DNA of 64,000 bases from a virus. Taxonomy: Duplodnaviria > Heunggongvirae > Uroviricota > Caudoviricetes. The first letter of the stretch is position 1. Each line of letters starts with the position of its first letter. The position numbers and the translations under genes are program-made. The stretch lies in IMG/VR virus record IMGVR_UViG_3300022916_000894, one strand, 5' to 3'. Below the pieces are notes generated by a model. That model had not been told where the DNA came from, searched no databases, and worked only from the letters and a program-made list of their open reading frames with translations. Below are positions 1 to 9,106 of this stretch, in pieces.

Positions 1-76
1 CGCGTGGGGAGTACGTCTATACAACAGTGTCTCAGAGGGCACGAGGCCGGTTCACCCCCACACGCGTGGGGAGTAC
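1..76 (-). CRISPR. CRISPR array 1 (partial, runs off the window start). A 14-nt repeat 3' end sits at 1-14, a 33-nt spacer at 15-47, and a full 29-nt repeat CGGTTCACCCCCACACGCGTGGGGAGTAC at 48-76
   Basis: The 48-76 repeat matches the 29-nt repeats at 7568-7841. The palindromic core is CCCCAC-ACGC-GTGGGG. The repeat has the same architecture as the E. coli I-E repeat read as its reverse complement (CGGTT.A.CCCC...GGGGAA..C), so transcription is inferred leftward with the leader to the right. Confidence 0.85.
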
Positions 77-149
77 ACTAACATCCTGTATGACATAATC
101 AACAAAAACACTATATATGGTAGTTTTGCAGATATAAGTGTTGATCACA
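77..149 (-). promoter_or_regulatory. Putative AT-rich leader of CRISPR array 1, lying between the cas5-cas6e stop codon and the first repeat
   Basis: Non-coding AT-rich stretch next to the repeat variant (GAGTAC 3' end) that also ends array 2 on its leader side. No promoter motif was confirmed. Confidence 0.4.
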
Positions 150-1505
150 TTACGACCTAAAAATCATATTTTCGAATAACAATAAACCACATCCTGCATT
201 TTTCTCTCTACCGATACCATTTTTACATGCTTCAACAAACAACTCTTTGTCAACAACTTTAATTTCTAATTCTACATCAGCGACAATAATATTATGCTGT
301 TTACCTTCGACTTTTTCAGTATGTGATATATTACAATTCAAAATCTTCAAACCATAATTTTTACTTCTTTTATTCAACCATTCCAATCGTTCTCGTTCAG
401 TTTTTAATAATACATTTTTTCCGTCTAGTCTTTTAACTGGATTATACCGTAACCAACAACGGAGATGATTTAATTGATCCCATTTGTCATATATTACAGG
501 ATGAATACAACACTTTATAATTCCTTTATTGTATTCGTTTAAAAAAGACCAATCAGGTTTTTTTTCAGTTTTAACTATTATATGAGATTCTTGTACAGAG
601 AATAAACATCTTCCCTTTCCTCCATCATCTATAGACGGGAGAGACTTACAAATTATATGAAAAAAGTCATGAGGATGATTTGCGAATTGATAAACATAAT
701 TTTCATTTTCAAATTTTAAAATAGTAATGTATTCATCTGCATTTTGATCACATTTGTTCTCGAAAATAATTTGGTTTTTTCTTTTTTTGATAGCGGGCAT
801 ATGTCCATGAGATACCGTAAAACTAGGAGTTTCTTTAATCAATTCAGCATTTAATGGCTTTTCAACTGATTTAATTTTTCGATAACTAAAAATTCTATCG
901 GCAGAATTAATCATTACATCCTTGATTAAAATACCATCTTTATCATTGTTTGGTATTTCTTGAATATATTCCAATTTTTCAGGTTTTTTAACATCACCAC
1001 GATAAAACCACGGTTCTTTTTCTAGGATATCCTTTCCGATAGACTTATCAGACCAATGCCTCACATATATAGGTGCAGATGGTTCGTATTCTCTCCTTCC
1101 AAGATATGGATACCATTCTGGACTCTTAACAACACCAGCTACCCACTCTATCAATTCCGAATCAGGTGAATCTAATAACACTAAAAAACTCGCATCGCAT
1201 AAATAGTGTTTATATTGAACTATAGTTTTATTTTTTGATGGTTTTTCTCCTCTTGTTAGGCGATCTTCAAATTGTGCTGTTCTAAAATCTTCTTTATATT
1301 CACCTGGATAATCAATCCTAACCGTCATTTTTGTATCATTCAATTCAATCAATTTCTCATTTGTTCGACCAATACCAGCAGCGGCACGTACCATGTTCAC
1401 AACTGCTGATTTCGTTGGAAATTTTTCGGTGTCACGAACGCTGTAATGACTTTGAATACCATACGATTGTCTTTGTCCTTCCATCTTTAATATAATTCCT
1501 GCCAT
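150..1505 (-). CDS. cas5e-cas6e: Cas5e (CasD)-Cas6e (CasE) fusion protein
   Basis: The N-terminal half carries the CasD signatures YLCDASF and YPYLGRR and an N-terminus that aligns with E. coli CasD (FPTRSGLLGLLGACLGIQR against FPTKSAVVNMVRAAAGIGR). The C-terminal ~200 aa carries Cas6e signatures: LRYNP, EWLNKRS, and the terminal GIGREKNAGCGLL (E. coli CasE ends GIGPAKSMGCGLL). It is one uninterrupted 451-aa frame. An AGGA Shine-Dalgarno lies 9 nt upstream of the ATG. Confidence 0.8.
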   Translation of the reverse strand: MAGIILKMEGQRQSYGIQSHYSVRDTEKFPTKSAVVNMVRAAAGIGRTNEKLIELNDTKMTVRIDYPGEYKEDFRTAQFEDRLTRGEKPSKNKTIVQYKHYLCDASFLVLLDSPDSELIEWVAGVVKSPEWYPYLGRREYEPSAPIYVRHWSDKSIGKDILEKEPWFYRGDVKKPEKLEYIQEIPNNDKDGILIKDVMINSADRIFSYRKIKSVEKPLNAELIKETPSFTVSHGHMPAIKKRKNQIIFENKCDQNADEYITILKFENENYVYQFANHPHDFFHIICKSLPSIDDGGKGRCLFSVQESHIIVKTEKKPDWSFLNEYNKGIIKCCIHPVIYDKWDQLNHLRCWLRYNPVKRLDGKNVLLKTERERLEWLNKRSKNYGLKILNCNISHTEKVEGKQHNIIVADVELEIKVVDKELFVEACKNGIGREKNAGCGLLLFENMIFRS

Positions 1506-1510
1506 TATTA

Positions 1511-2683
1511 TTATCCTAAATGTTTATCAATTGCTTCGATACTTGTTTTCGCTAGTTTTTCCACGAAAGAAGGATGATTTTTACAAGATTCCCAACGATC
1601 TGGATATTGTGTTTTCCAATTCCATAAAGGAACATAAAAACATTCTACATTATTATTCTCATAATCTCCATGATTTGCCAACTGATAATCCAAATATGAG
1701 ATTAGATGATCTACAACCTCTCCTGTAGACTCCGCTCCTTGTGGGGTGGTTTTTCCATAAACTCCACCACACCCATAAGTACGTTGTCCACCATGTCTAA
1801 TTCGTGCCGTTATAAATTCTGTCGTAATCTGATCGTTATTGTAAATTTCGGTCATGCCGTTTGGACGGGAATAAATTATATTCGTAATTAATTCTTTGAA
1901 GTCATCTTCAAAATCTCTTTTGTGCAAACCACTTAATTCAAAAGGACGTACAAGTTCTATACAAGCACTAACATAGTAAAGTGAATCACTGTGTGCGTAA
2001 CGAATGCCCATAAAAGAACCTTTAGACTGAGTAAGGCATAAGTCATCTTTAGCTACAATAAATTCGCTTTTTGCAGTAGGCAACCCAAGTTTATAACCAT
2101 TCATGCGCAGACAACCATCACAGTGTAATTGATTTGTCCCATCAACATTTTCCGTCTTAACTAAAGCCGGGTTGCCTCTCCAAATATCTATAGGAATAAA
2201 TTGAGTCAATTTTTCGTCTTTACCGACATACAACGATGCTATATGATTCCCGATATGTTGCAATTCTTCCTTAAATCCTAAAAATTGTTGATCTTTCTTG
2301 TTATCACTTTTCTTGTTATCACTTTTCTTGTTATTTTTTTCTTCTTTCTTCTTACCTTGAAAATATCTGCCATAGATATCTTCTGTTTTTTCATCTAATG
2401 TTTCTTTATCAATTTCAACACTATCTTTCAGTATTTCACGAACGTGATTCTTAATAAAATCAATAGCTTCAGTTCTGCTGGCAGTAATTCTAACTGGGCT
2501 ACTGGAATTTTCTCGAACTGCACGTAGCAATGCTGCCGAAAATGTGTTTTTGGGGTGATTCATATCGTCACGAACGAAATTAGCACCAGGACTGTTCCAA
2601 ATCATATCTAAGACAAGGTGCGGTGCCCCAAAATTGTTTCCTCTGTTTTTTCTTAATACATCTTTTTCGATTTCCATCGTCAT
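1511..2683 (-). CDS. cas7e: Cas7e (CasC/Cse4) Cascade backbone subunit
   Basis: N-terminal FVRDDMNHPKN matches the CasC LNRDDMNMQKD motif. QRTY is present near the C-terminus. Its size and its position between cse2 and cas5 fit. It contains a K/E/N-rich low-complexity insert. Confidence 0.7.
   Translation of the reverse strand: MTMEIEKDVLRKNRGNNFGAPHLVLDMIWNSPGANFVRDDMNHPKNTFSAALLRAVRENSSSPVRITASRTEAIDFIKNHVREILKDSVEIDKETLDEKTEDIYGRYFQGKKKEEKNNKKSDNKKSDNKKDQQFLGFKEELQHIGNHIASLYVGKDEKLTQFIPIDIWRGNPALVKTENVDGTNQLHCDGCLRMNGYKLGLPTAKSEFIVAKDDLCLTQSKGSFMGIRYAHSDSLYYVSACIELVRPFELSGLHKRDFEDDFKELITNIIYSRPNGMTEIYNNDQITTEFITARIRHGGQRTYGCGGVYGKTTPQGAESTGEVVDHLISYLDYQLANHGDYENNNVECFYVPLWNWKTQYPDRWESCKNHPSFVEKLAKTSIEAIDKHLG
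2296..2336. repeat. 15-bp tandem repeat tcttgttatcacttt, about 2.7 copies, lying inside cas7e and encoding KKSDNKKSDNKK
   Basis: Read directly from the sequence. Confidence 0.8.
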
Positions 2684-2716
2684 AATTTTGTTCTCCTTTA
2701 TTATAATTATGTTATA

Positions 2717-3214
2717 TTAATTCTTCCAAAAAGATAGCGCTAATTTGTCTTGCACAAACTCATCTTTATGATGCCAATTCATTATATCAGATAACATATT
2801 GGAATAATTAATTTTTATAGAATATTCTGTCATTCGACTAATTAATCTTTTGATTTCTATAAGAACTGTATCAATGTTGTCAAGAGTCAATAAATTGCGA
2901 AAATAATTGTTTATCAAATCAGCCTTGTCCATCGCAAAATATAATTCACGACAAGAATCTCCAAAATTCTTATATTCTTTATCTGTATTATTTTTATATT
3001 CCATAAATAACCCACCAATAAAGAAAAATTCTTTCATGAATTTATAAGGGGTACACCCTTTATACTCGCATGTTTGCCGACGAGCATTTTTATCCTCTAA
3101 TTTCAAACAGCGCCTATAGCAATTAATTGCTTCCACATTATCTTTAACAAGCAATTGATTTAAGTGTTTTATGAAATTAACCTTTAAATCATTTTTTTGT
3201 TTTGTTTCGTTCAT
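2717..3214 (-). CDS. cse2: Putative Cse2/Cas11e small subunit
   Basis: 165 aa, sitting between the large subunit and cas7 in canonical I-E gene order. It overlaps the upstream gene by 26 nt. No motif was confirmed. Confidence 0.45.
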   Translation of the reverse strand: MNETKQKNDLKVNFIKHLNQLLVKDNVEAINCYRRCLKLEDKNARRQTCEYKGCTPYKFMKEFFFIGGLFMEYKNNTDKEYKNFGDSCRELYFAMDKADLINNYFRNLLTLDNIDTVLIEIKRLISRMTEYSIKINYSNMLSDIMNWHHKDEFVQDKLALSFWKN

Positions 3215-4793
3215 TTTTTACAACTCCTTTTTTATAATTTCTTTTTTTCTTCAATGAGTTAGAAGCTTTTACCCAATTCTCCAAGTATCTTTTTCCAACA
3301 TCTTTTCTGATAGATTTCAAGATACGATCTGATATACCATGACATATTTTAATGTTCTTTTCTCTACATTCGGTAATCTTTTTTAATAGTATTGATTTTT
3401 CAATATCTTTAACCATTATATTTTTAAATTTCTGGCTGACATTAGACCAATATGAAAACAAATATTTTTCAGTGACTGTACTGTTGCTACTTTTCTTGTC
3501 ATTTTTTTCTTTCTTCTTACCTTGTACAAAATCGAAGTTATCGTTTATGACTTTTTTTAAAGATTTTTCTTCTTTTATAAATTCGTCGCATAAGCATCGA
3601 ATTTCATCAGAAAATATTTCCATATTATCTTCCAAAGAAAAATTTGAAGTTAATTCTATCGGAAGCTTTGACCTGTATATATAGCGAATTGAAGCTGACT
3701 TTACGCCGCTAATTGATACTTCAATAGGATACGAAAAACTACAACTATTTTTAAGTAATTCAGTGGCGTGTTTTATATTTTTTGGACATTTAATATCTTG
3801 GTTTTTATAATTAATTAGTGAATGGCAATTAATCCAAGAAAGTTGTTTTCGATATTTGTTTTTGTCTACGTTAAAAGGAATCCACTTCGATATTTTTTTG
3901 TCGACTTTTTTATCAGTCACTAATTTGCGGCTGTAACAAAATAAAGGTTCTATAATTGTATCTTCATATTGTTTATACCCTATTTCAGTTCTATTCTTTG
4001 CAGAAAAATACATTTTCTTAAATTTCAGCGTGTCACCACCATCAGGGATCAATTTTATTTTTCTATGAGTCGTAGTCATATAATTAATGGGACCGATTTT
4101 TTTTGCAATAGATTTTTCTTCACTTTCCCACGAAGGTAAATCGTCACTTAAATCAACCGTATCCTCTCCAAATGATGCAGCAAATGTTTTATACGGAATA
4201 GTATTTAATGAAATTATTTCAAAAAGATTGTTACCCCCAATTAAATAAATATTTTTACCTGATAATTCCGAAGTGATATATCCCCTACCTCCCGCCGGGA
4301 CTATGAATTGCATAGAGATAAGCTGTACAACAGTATCAATAGCATCAATTGGGCCGCTATTATTAGTCGTATGATTAAAAAATGGCATTGAAGATTCGCC
4401 TTCATATCCCAAACAATAAATGTGAGATATAGTTTTTTCATCCATATCTTCAGAAGTCTGCAAAAAAGGATATTTTGGGTGAATAAGATAAAATTTTTCT
4501 CGACACGATTCTAAATAATTATGAATTTTTTTGACATCTTGATCGTTAAATTTGGTTTGCTTCCACAATGTCTTACAGTCTTTTAATGTCAAAAATAAAG
4601 ATGAGCAATACAATACGGATTGCATCAATCTCAAAAGAGATATTCTTTCCCACTCATTTTTGCAAATGATTTCTATCACAGAATGCGAATCTTCAAAAAT
4701 GCTTTTAAGAGAATGCATTTTAACACCGCCATCATTACAGCAACAACGAATAAATTGTTCATCTAATAAATTGTAAGCTTTATCGCTCATCAT
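3189..4793 (-). CDS. cse1: Putative Cas8e/Cse1 large Cascade subunit
   Basis: 534 aa, lying directly downstream of cas3 in I-E gene order. The call rests on position and size only. Confidence 0.45.
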   Translation of the reverse strand: MMSDKAYNLLDEQFIRCCCNDGGVKMHSLKSIFEDSHSVIEIICKNEWERISLLRLMQSVLYCSSLFLTLKDCKTLWKQTKFNDQDVKKIHNYLESCREKFYLIHPKYPFLQTSEDMDEKTISHIYCLGYEGESSMPFFNHTTNNSGPIDAIDTVVQLISMQFIVPAGGRGYITSELSGKNIYLIGGNNLFEIISLNTIPYKTFAASFGEDTVDLSDDLPSWESEEKSIAKKIGPINYMTTTHRKIKLIPDGGDTLKFKKMYFSAKNRTEIGYKQYEDTIIEPLFCYSRKLVTDKKVDKKISKWIPFNVDKNKYRKQLSWINCHSLINYKNQDIKCPKNIKHATELLKNSCSFSYPIEVSISGVKSASIRYIYRSKLPIELTSNFSLEDNMEIFSDEIRCLCDEFIKEEKSLKKVINDNFDFVQGKKKEKNDKKSSNSTVTEKYLFSYWSNVSQKFKNIMVKDIEKSILLKKITECREKNIKICHGISDRILKSIRKDVGKRYLENWVKASNSLKKKRNYKKGVVKNERNKTKK

Positions 4794-4827
4794 TTTCTCC
4801 TGCTTCGTATACCATTATAGTCATGCA

Positions 4828-7500
4828 TCACTCGATGTCTACTCCAACTTCCGGATCAAAGGTAACTTTTTTTCCGCACCCGATATTAGATTCGTTATTT
4901 TCTAATACAATTAAATGGTAATATTGGAGACAGGTATCGTCCCAAATAGTTTCCCATTTTTTAGAATTACTAATCCTTTTAAAAATTGATTTATTTTCTT
5001 CAAAAATCTTTTCAAAAGCGAAAATAGAACTAATGGAGCATTTTTCTATTAAATTTTTGACCAATTCAGAATCATTAATATCAATTTCTTGTTTTCCTAA
5101 ATTGTCGTAATAACACTTTCCATTGATCTTGAAAATATAAATCAAACTAGCGGAAAAAGATTTTTTTCTAGTAAGTGGTATTTGAGTAATTCCCAACTCT
5201 ATTTCTTTTTCTATGTCTTTTCCGTTTATAGAATATAAATTACGTTCTAAAATAATTTCTTTTGCATCATCTATCAACGATGACGGTTTTCCAATTATTT
5301 GCAATGTAGATTCACGAGAGTCTTTTTTCTCACTTTTTTCTACCTTTTTTTGTAATTTATCTAATTCTAAAATTTGATTTTTGTCATTAGTTATCGTATC
5401 ATGATTCGAAAAATTATAAACTTTATTTATAAGAGATGATACATCGGTGGGAATAATTATTTCATTTTTATCTTTTAAAACTAATTCAGTTTTTATGCAA
5501 AAATATTTTAAATAAACAGGATTTTTTGAAACTAGTATTATGTTCATGCGTGGCTTTTCTTTTCCAAGCGGCCTAATTATATTGAATCGATGCAATCTCC
5601 CACCACGCTGTAATAAGTGATCAATCGGACACAAATCAGTAAATATTTCATCAAAATCCAAATCTAAACTGTGTTCGAGAATTTGAGTAGATATAACAAT
5701 TGCTTTTTTGGGCCGTTGCCCATTTTTTCCAAACTTTTTGTCAATATCATTTTCAATTTCTTGTCTTTTTTGTGGAGAAAATCTATTTCTAATAATATAA
5801 ACCTCTATATCATTAATATTGTTTTTCTTGAGAGTCTTTTTGATTTTTTTGCGTGTTATTATTGCGGTTTTCGCAGTATTTTTATATACACAAACACATC
5901 CTCCGTTGTTTGCAGAAGATATTATTTTATCTATACTTTTTTTTCCTGAAATAAAATCTATTGAAATTTTCTTTTCATCTTTTTTATCGAGCCGTAGAGG
6001 TTTATGAGTAATTTTTCCTGTTATACGGTTAATTACAGTAATACCGTAACCAGTAGAAAATTTATCGATATCATGTTTACCCAAATATGAACTAACAATG
6101 TCATATTGTAATTTATCAGACATAGTAGCAGACAATAGGACTGTAGGACAACCCGTATTCGCAGACCAAGAAATGGATTCTAAATTTAATGCACCAGTAA
6201 AAGAATCATAAGAGTGAATCTCATCATAAGTGATCACTTTGTGGGCGATACCGAAAGTCCTTAAGGAAAAATGTCTTACTGGCAAAATAGAAAACAATAA
6301 CTGATCTACTGTGCCAACACCATGAGGTTGTAACATCGCTACTTTTTTCATGGTTAACCATTGTCTTGCCTCTTTGGGCAACAATGCAACAACTTTTGTA
6401 AAATCGTCTACAAGATAAGCATGACCATGAATTAAATTAGAATCAAGAACACCTATTTTATTCAAAAAAATATTCTCACGCTTATATAACATGTTGCTAG
6501 AAGATTGAGTCGGCATCGCGGTATAACATCCAATCACTTTTCCCGATTTCAAAAAATGATATTTAATCATATGGCTAGTTTCGGTTTTTCCGTAACCTGT
6601 TGGGCCTTTAACCAGCACTGCGCAATCTGCCGTTATTGTCCCATCCTCAAGAAAATCTTTAGTTATTTTTTGCAATTCATTTAACGGATATCCGATGATT
6701 GTTTCCCAATCAACAGTAGAAATTTTATAGTTTGAAATCAAATGATTGGAACATAAAAATGTTGATATTTTTTTACTTCGTTTTGGCACGTCCAGTATAT
6801 ATGACCGATAATCAAACGGCGAATTTGAATTGATATTGATAGAAGCGGATGCTACCCAATCACACACGACCATAAATCCCAATATCCAAATTAAAATTTT
6901 TCTTGGTATTTCATCTGAAAAATTGTCTTTAAAAGTTGAAAAATCGATACAAGAAAAATCTTGAATATAATTAACAAATAATTTTCGTACTTCTTTCCAT
7001 TCTGCACCTGATCCTCTTTGTAATTTTTCAGACTCAAAAGGCGAACTTGATCCATGATGATTTCCGGTTAAAGTGGCAATCATGTTAAAAAAATCATAAA
7101 TATTTTCCCCATACTGATCAAATACGTCGCACATTTCTTCTCTTAATATGTCTTGACTAGAACGAGCATGCCAATAATCCGGCTTACTCCCATCACAAGA
7201 AAAATATTTCTTAATATTTAACGGTATGTCATCTGTTGTTCCAAAAATACGGTGAAGAAAAGAAGGAGTTAATTTTCCGATATCATGTAGTCCAATTATA
7301 AATGATAAAAGCGGAATTAAGTCTTCGATTTTTATGCCAAGCGATTCAGATATCCATAATTTAACATTTTCTGGGTATGAATTGATAATCTCTTTTGCAA
7401 CTAACATAGTATCAAAACAATGAAAAAGTGTTGGATACAAATTTAAACCGCTTTTTTTACCAGGCAATTTTAATAATAAATCTAACTTGTCTTTACTCAT
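4828..7500 (-). CDS. cas3: Cas3, an HD nuclease fused to a superfamily-2 helicase
   Basis: The N-terminal HD domain shows H..LHDIGK (compare HD motif II). Walker A is LVKGPTGYGKTE. A DEAH-like box appears as ITYDEIHSYD. 890 aa. Confidence 0.8.
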   Translation of the reverse strand: MSKDKLDLLLKLPGKKSGLNLYPTLFHCFDTMLVAKEIINSYPENVKLWISESLGIKIEDLIPLLSFIIGLHDIGKLTPSFLHRIFGTTDDIPLNIKKYFSCDGSKPDYWHARSSQDILREEMCDVFDQYGENIYDFFNMIATLTGNHHGSSSPFESEKLQRGSGAEWKEVRKLFVNYIQDFSCIDFSTFKDNFSDEIPRKILIWILGFMVVCDWVASASININSNSPFDYRSYILDVPKRSKKISTFLCSNHLISNYKISTVDWETIIGYPLNELQKITKDFLEDGTITADCAVLVKGPTGYGKTETSHMIKYHFLKSGKVIGCYTAMPTQSSSNMLYKRENIFLNKIGVLDSNLIHGHAYLVDDFTKVVALLPKEARQWLTMKKVAMLQPHGVGTVDQLLFSILPVRHFSLRTFGIAHKVITYDEIHSYDSFTGALNLESISWSANTGCPTVLLSATMSDKLQYDIVSSYLGKHDIDKFSTGYGITVINRITGKITHKPLRLDKKDEKKISIDFISGKKSIDKIISSANNGGCVCVYKNTAKTAIITRKKIKKTLKKNNINDIEVYIIRNRFSPQKRQEIENDIDKKFGKNGQRPKKAIVISTQILEHSLDLDFDEIFTDLCPIDHLLQRGGRLHRFNIIRPLGKEKPRMNIILVSKNPVYLKYFCIKTELVLKDKNEIIIPTDVSSLINKVYNFSNHDTITNDKNQILELDKLQKKVEKSEKKDSRESTLQIIGKPSSLIDDAKEIILERNLYSINGKDIEKEIELGITQIPLTRKKSFSASLIYIFKINGKCYYDNLGKQEIDINDSELVKNLIEKCSISSIFAFEKIFEENKSIFKRISNSKKWETIWDDTCLQYYHLIVLENNESNIGCGKKVTFDPEVGVDIE

Positions 7501-7567
7501 TTTTATTCCTTCAACACATTATAGCAACAATCTACGACAATCACCTTACTTTTATTGAAAAATTCTA

Positions 7568-7841
7568 TTTTTTACCCCCACTTACGTGGGGAATATATTG
7601 CTGCTTATGCTGCTCAAGCTGGCATTGTCGGTTCACCCCCACACGCGTGGGGAATACGTTACTCCCTTCTATTCTGCAAGCTGTCTAAGCGGTTCACCCC
7701 CACATACGTGGGGAATACTCTTCTTTAGATACAGATAATCCCGGCATCGTCGGTTCACCCCCACACGCGTGGGGAATATTTCAAGAGTATGTCGAAATTG
7801 TGGCCATCCGTCCGGTTCACCCCCACACGCGTGGGGAGTAC
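7568..7841 (-). CRISPR. CRISPR array 2, with five 29-nt repeats and four spacers of 32, 32, 32 and 33 nt
   Basis: Repeats lie at 7568-7596 (degenerate: tttacccccacttacgtggggaatat), 7629-7657, 7690-7718, 7751-7779 and 7813-7841. The stem CCCCAC/GTGGGG is conserved in every copy while the loop varies (ACGC, TTAC, ATAC). The degenerate distal repeat faces cas3 and the GAGTAC-ending repeat lies next to the AT-rich region at 7842-7933. Confidence 0.9.
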
Positions 7842-7933
7842 TTATTATTCTTTAACTTATACTACATTATAGGCAACAGTAATTTATTTTTTCGCTTAAA
7901 GCTTTTTTAGAAGAAGGAATTTCCATAGATTAC
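7842..7933 (-). promoter_or_regulatory. Putative leader of CRISPR array 2
   Basis: AT-rich non-coding sequence on the side where I-E-type repeat orientation places the leader. Confidence 0.4.
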
Positions 7934-7975
7934 ATGCTATATAGAAAGAAGCGTTGGATACTTAAAGGAGATAAA

Positions 7976-9106
7976 ATGTACAAATTTACTACAGAACAAG
8001 AGAAACATATAGTCAAAGAATACCAATCTGGCATCGGAACACCCAAATTGGCACAAGAACACGGATGTACCAAAAAGACTATTCAATTCCTATTAAAGAG
8101 ACATAATGCATTTAAAGGCAGAAAGAAATTCACAGAAGAAGAACTCCAAGAAATTAAACAACGCTATCTTAATTACGAAACCGCCAGTCAAATCGCAAAA
8201 GATTTTGAAGTAGGAGAAAGAGCAATCAAAAACAGACTTATTGAAATGGAACTTTATACGATAGGCAAACGTCGCCCAAAGACAAAACATTGGACTGATA
8301 AAAAGAAGAAAAAAGCAGTACAGATGTATAAAAAAGGGAAAAGAGTCAATGATATAGCAAGGCATTTTAACGTTACTCCATCAGGTATAAGATATACATT
8401 GGTTAAAAACAAAGTATGGAAGTTTAAAGGAGTGAGAAAATATACATGCAATTTTGATTTCTTTGAAAAAATAGATACAGAAGAAAAAGCATATTGGTTA
8501 GGATTTATAGGGGCAGATGGTAATGTATTTAAAAATTGTCTCCACATTGGTATACATGAAAACGATGTTAAACACCTTGAAAAATTTAGTAAACATATTA
8601 CTGGTAATTACCCCGTTAGAATCAAAACATATATATCAAGAGGTAAACCATCTAGCATAGCGAGGATAGATATTCATAGCAATAAGATAATAAATGACTT
8701 ATACAGATCAGGAATTACACCTAAGAAATCTCATACTATCTCTTGGCAAAAAACTACTAAAAATATTCCAAAACATCTTATACATCATTTCGTGAGGGGA
8801 TACTTTGATGGAGATGGCAGTTGGAAAAAAAGTGGTAAAAATGGTAACGGAATACATTTTTCTGTAGCGTGTGGAAGTGGTGATTTCATTTTGGGATTAC
8901 AAAAACAATTATGTTCTAGTTGTGGATTGTCAATGGTCAAAATCTACTCTAAAAAAACGAATGACAAAAAAGCTAATAATTATGCATTGGAATATGGTGG
9001 ACGTTTACAGGAAATACGTATCTATAATTGGATGTACAATAATGCTACATTATTTTTAGAGAGAAAAAAAGATAAGGCATATAAGTATTTATTCGAAGTC
9101 TCTTAA
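7976..9106 (+). CDS. Free-standing LAGLIDADG homing endonuclease with three N-terminal helix-turn-helix repeats
   Basis: Two LAGLIDADG motifs are present: YWLGFIGADGNV and YFDGDGSW. The N-terminal ~170 aa hold three ~50-aa helix-turn-helix-like repeats. AAGGAG lies 7 nt upstream of the ATG at 7976. The 7934 ATG given in the ORF track is probably not the true start. Confidence 0.7.
   Translation: MYKFTTEQEKHIVKEYQSGIGTPKLAQEHGCTKKTIQFLLKRHNAFKGRKKFTEEELQEIKQRYLNYETASQIAKDFEVGERAIKNRLIEMELYTIGKRRPKTKHWTDKKKKKAVQMYKKGKRVNDIARHFNVTPSGIRYTLVKNKVWKFKGVRKYTCNFDFFEKIDTEEKAYWLGFIGADGNVFKNCLHIGIHENDVKHLEKFSKHITGNYPVRIKTYISRGKPSSIARIDIHSNKIINDLYRSGITPKKSHTISWQKTTKNIPKHLIHHFVRGYFDGDGSWKKSGKNGNGIHFSVACGSGDFILGLQKQLCSSCGLSMVKIYSKKTNDKKANNYALEYGGRLQEIRIYNWMYNNATLFLERKKDKAYKYLFEVS

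Noticed and set aside
1-76. Whether the repeats are type I-F (28 nt)
   Set aside because: The unit is 29 nt with a conserved C before GGTTC at every copy, and the period is 61. The cas gene set is I-E-like (Cas7e, Cas5e and Cas6e motifs), not I-F
1531-1891. Plus-strand ORFs 1531..1728 and 1706..1891 inside cas7e
   Set aside because: They lie fully within a well-supported minus-strand gene, and their translations are AT-rich and low-complexity. Shadow ORFs
5671-6007. Plus-strand ORFs inside cas3
   Set aside because: Antisense to the Cas3 helicase. Hydrophobic low-complexity translations
77-7567. cas1/cas2 somewhere between the two arrays
   Set aside because: Every ORF in the interval is accounted for by interference genes. 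No candidate with integrase-like or small Cas2-like features is present
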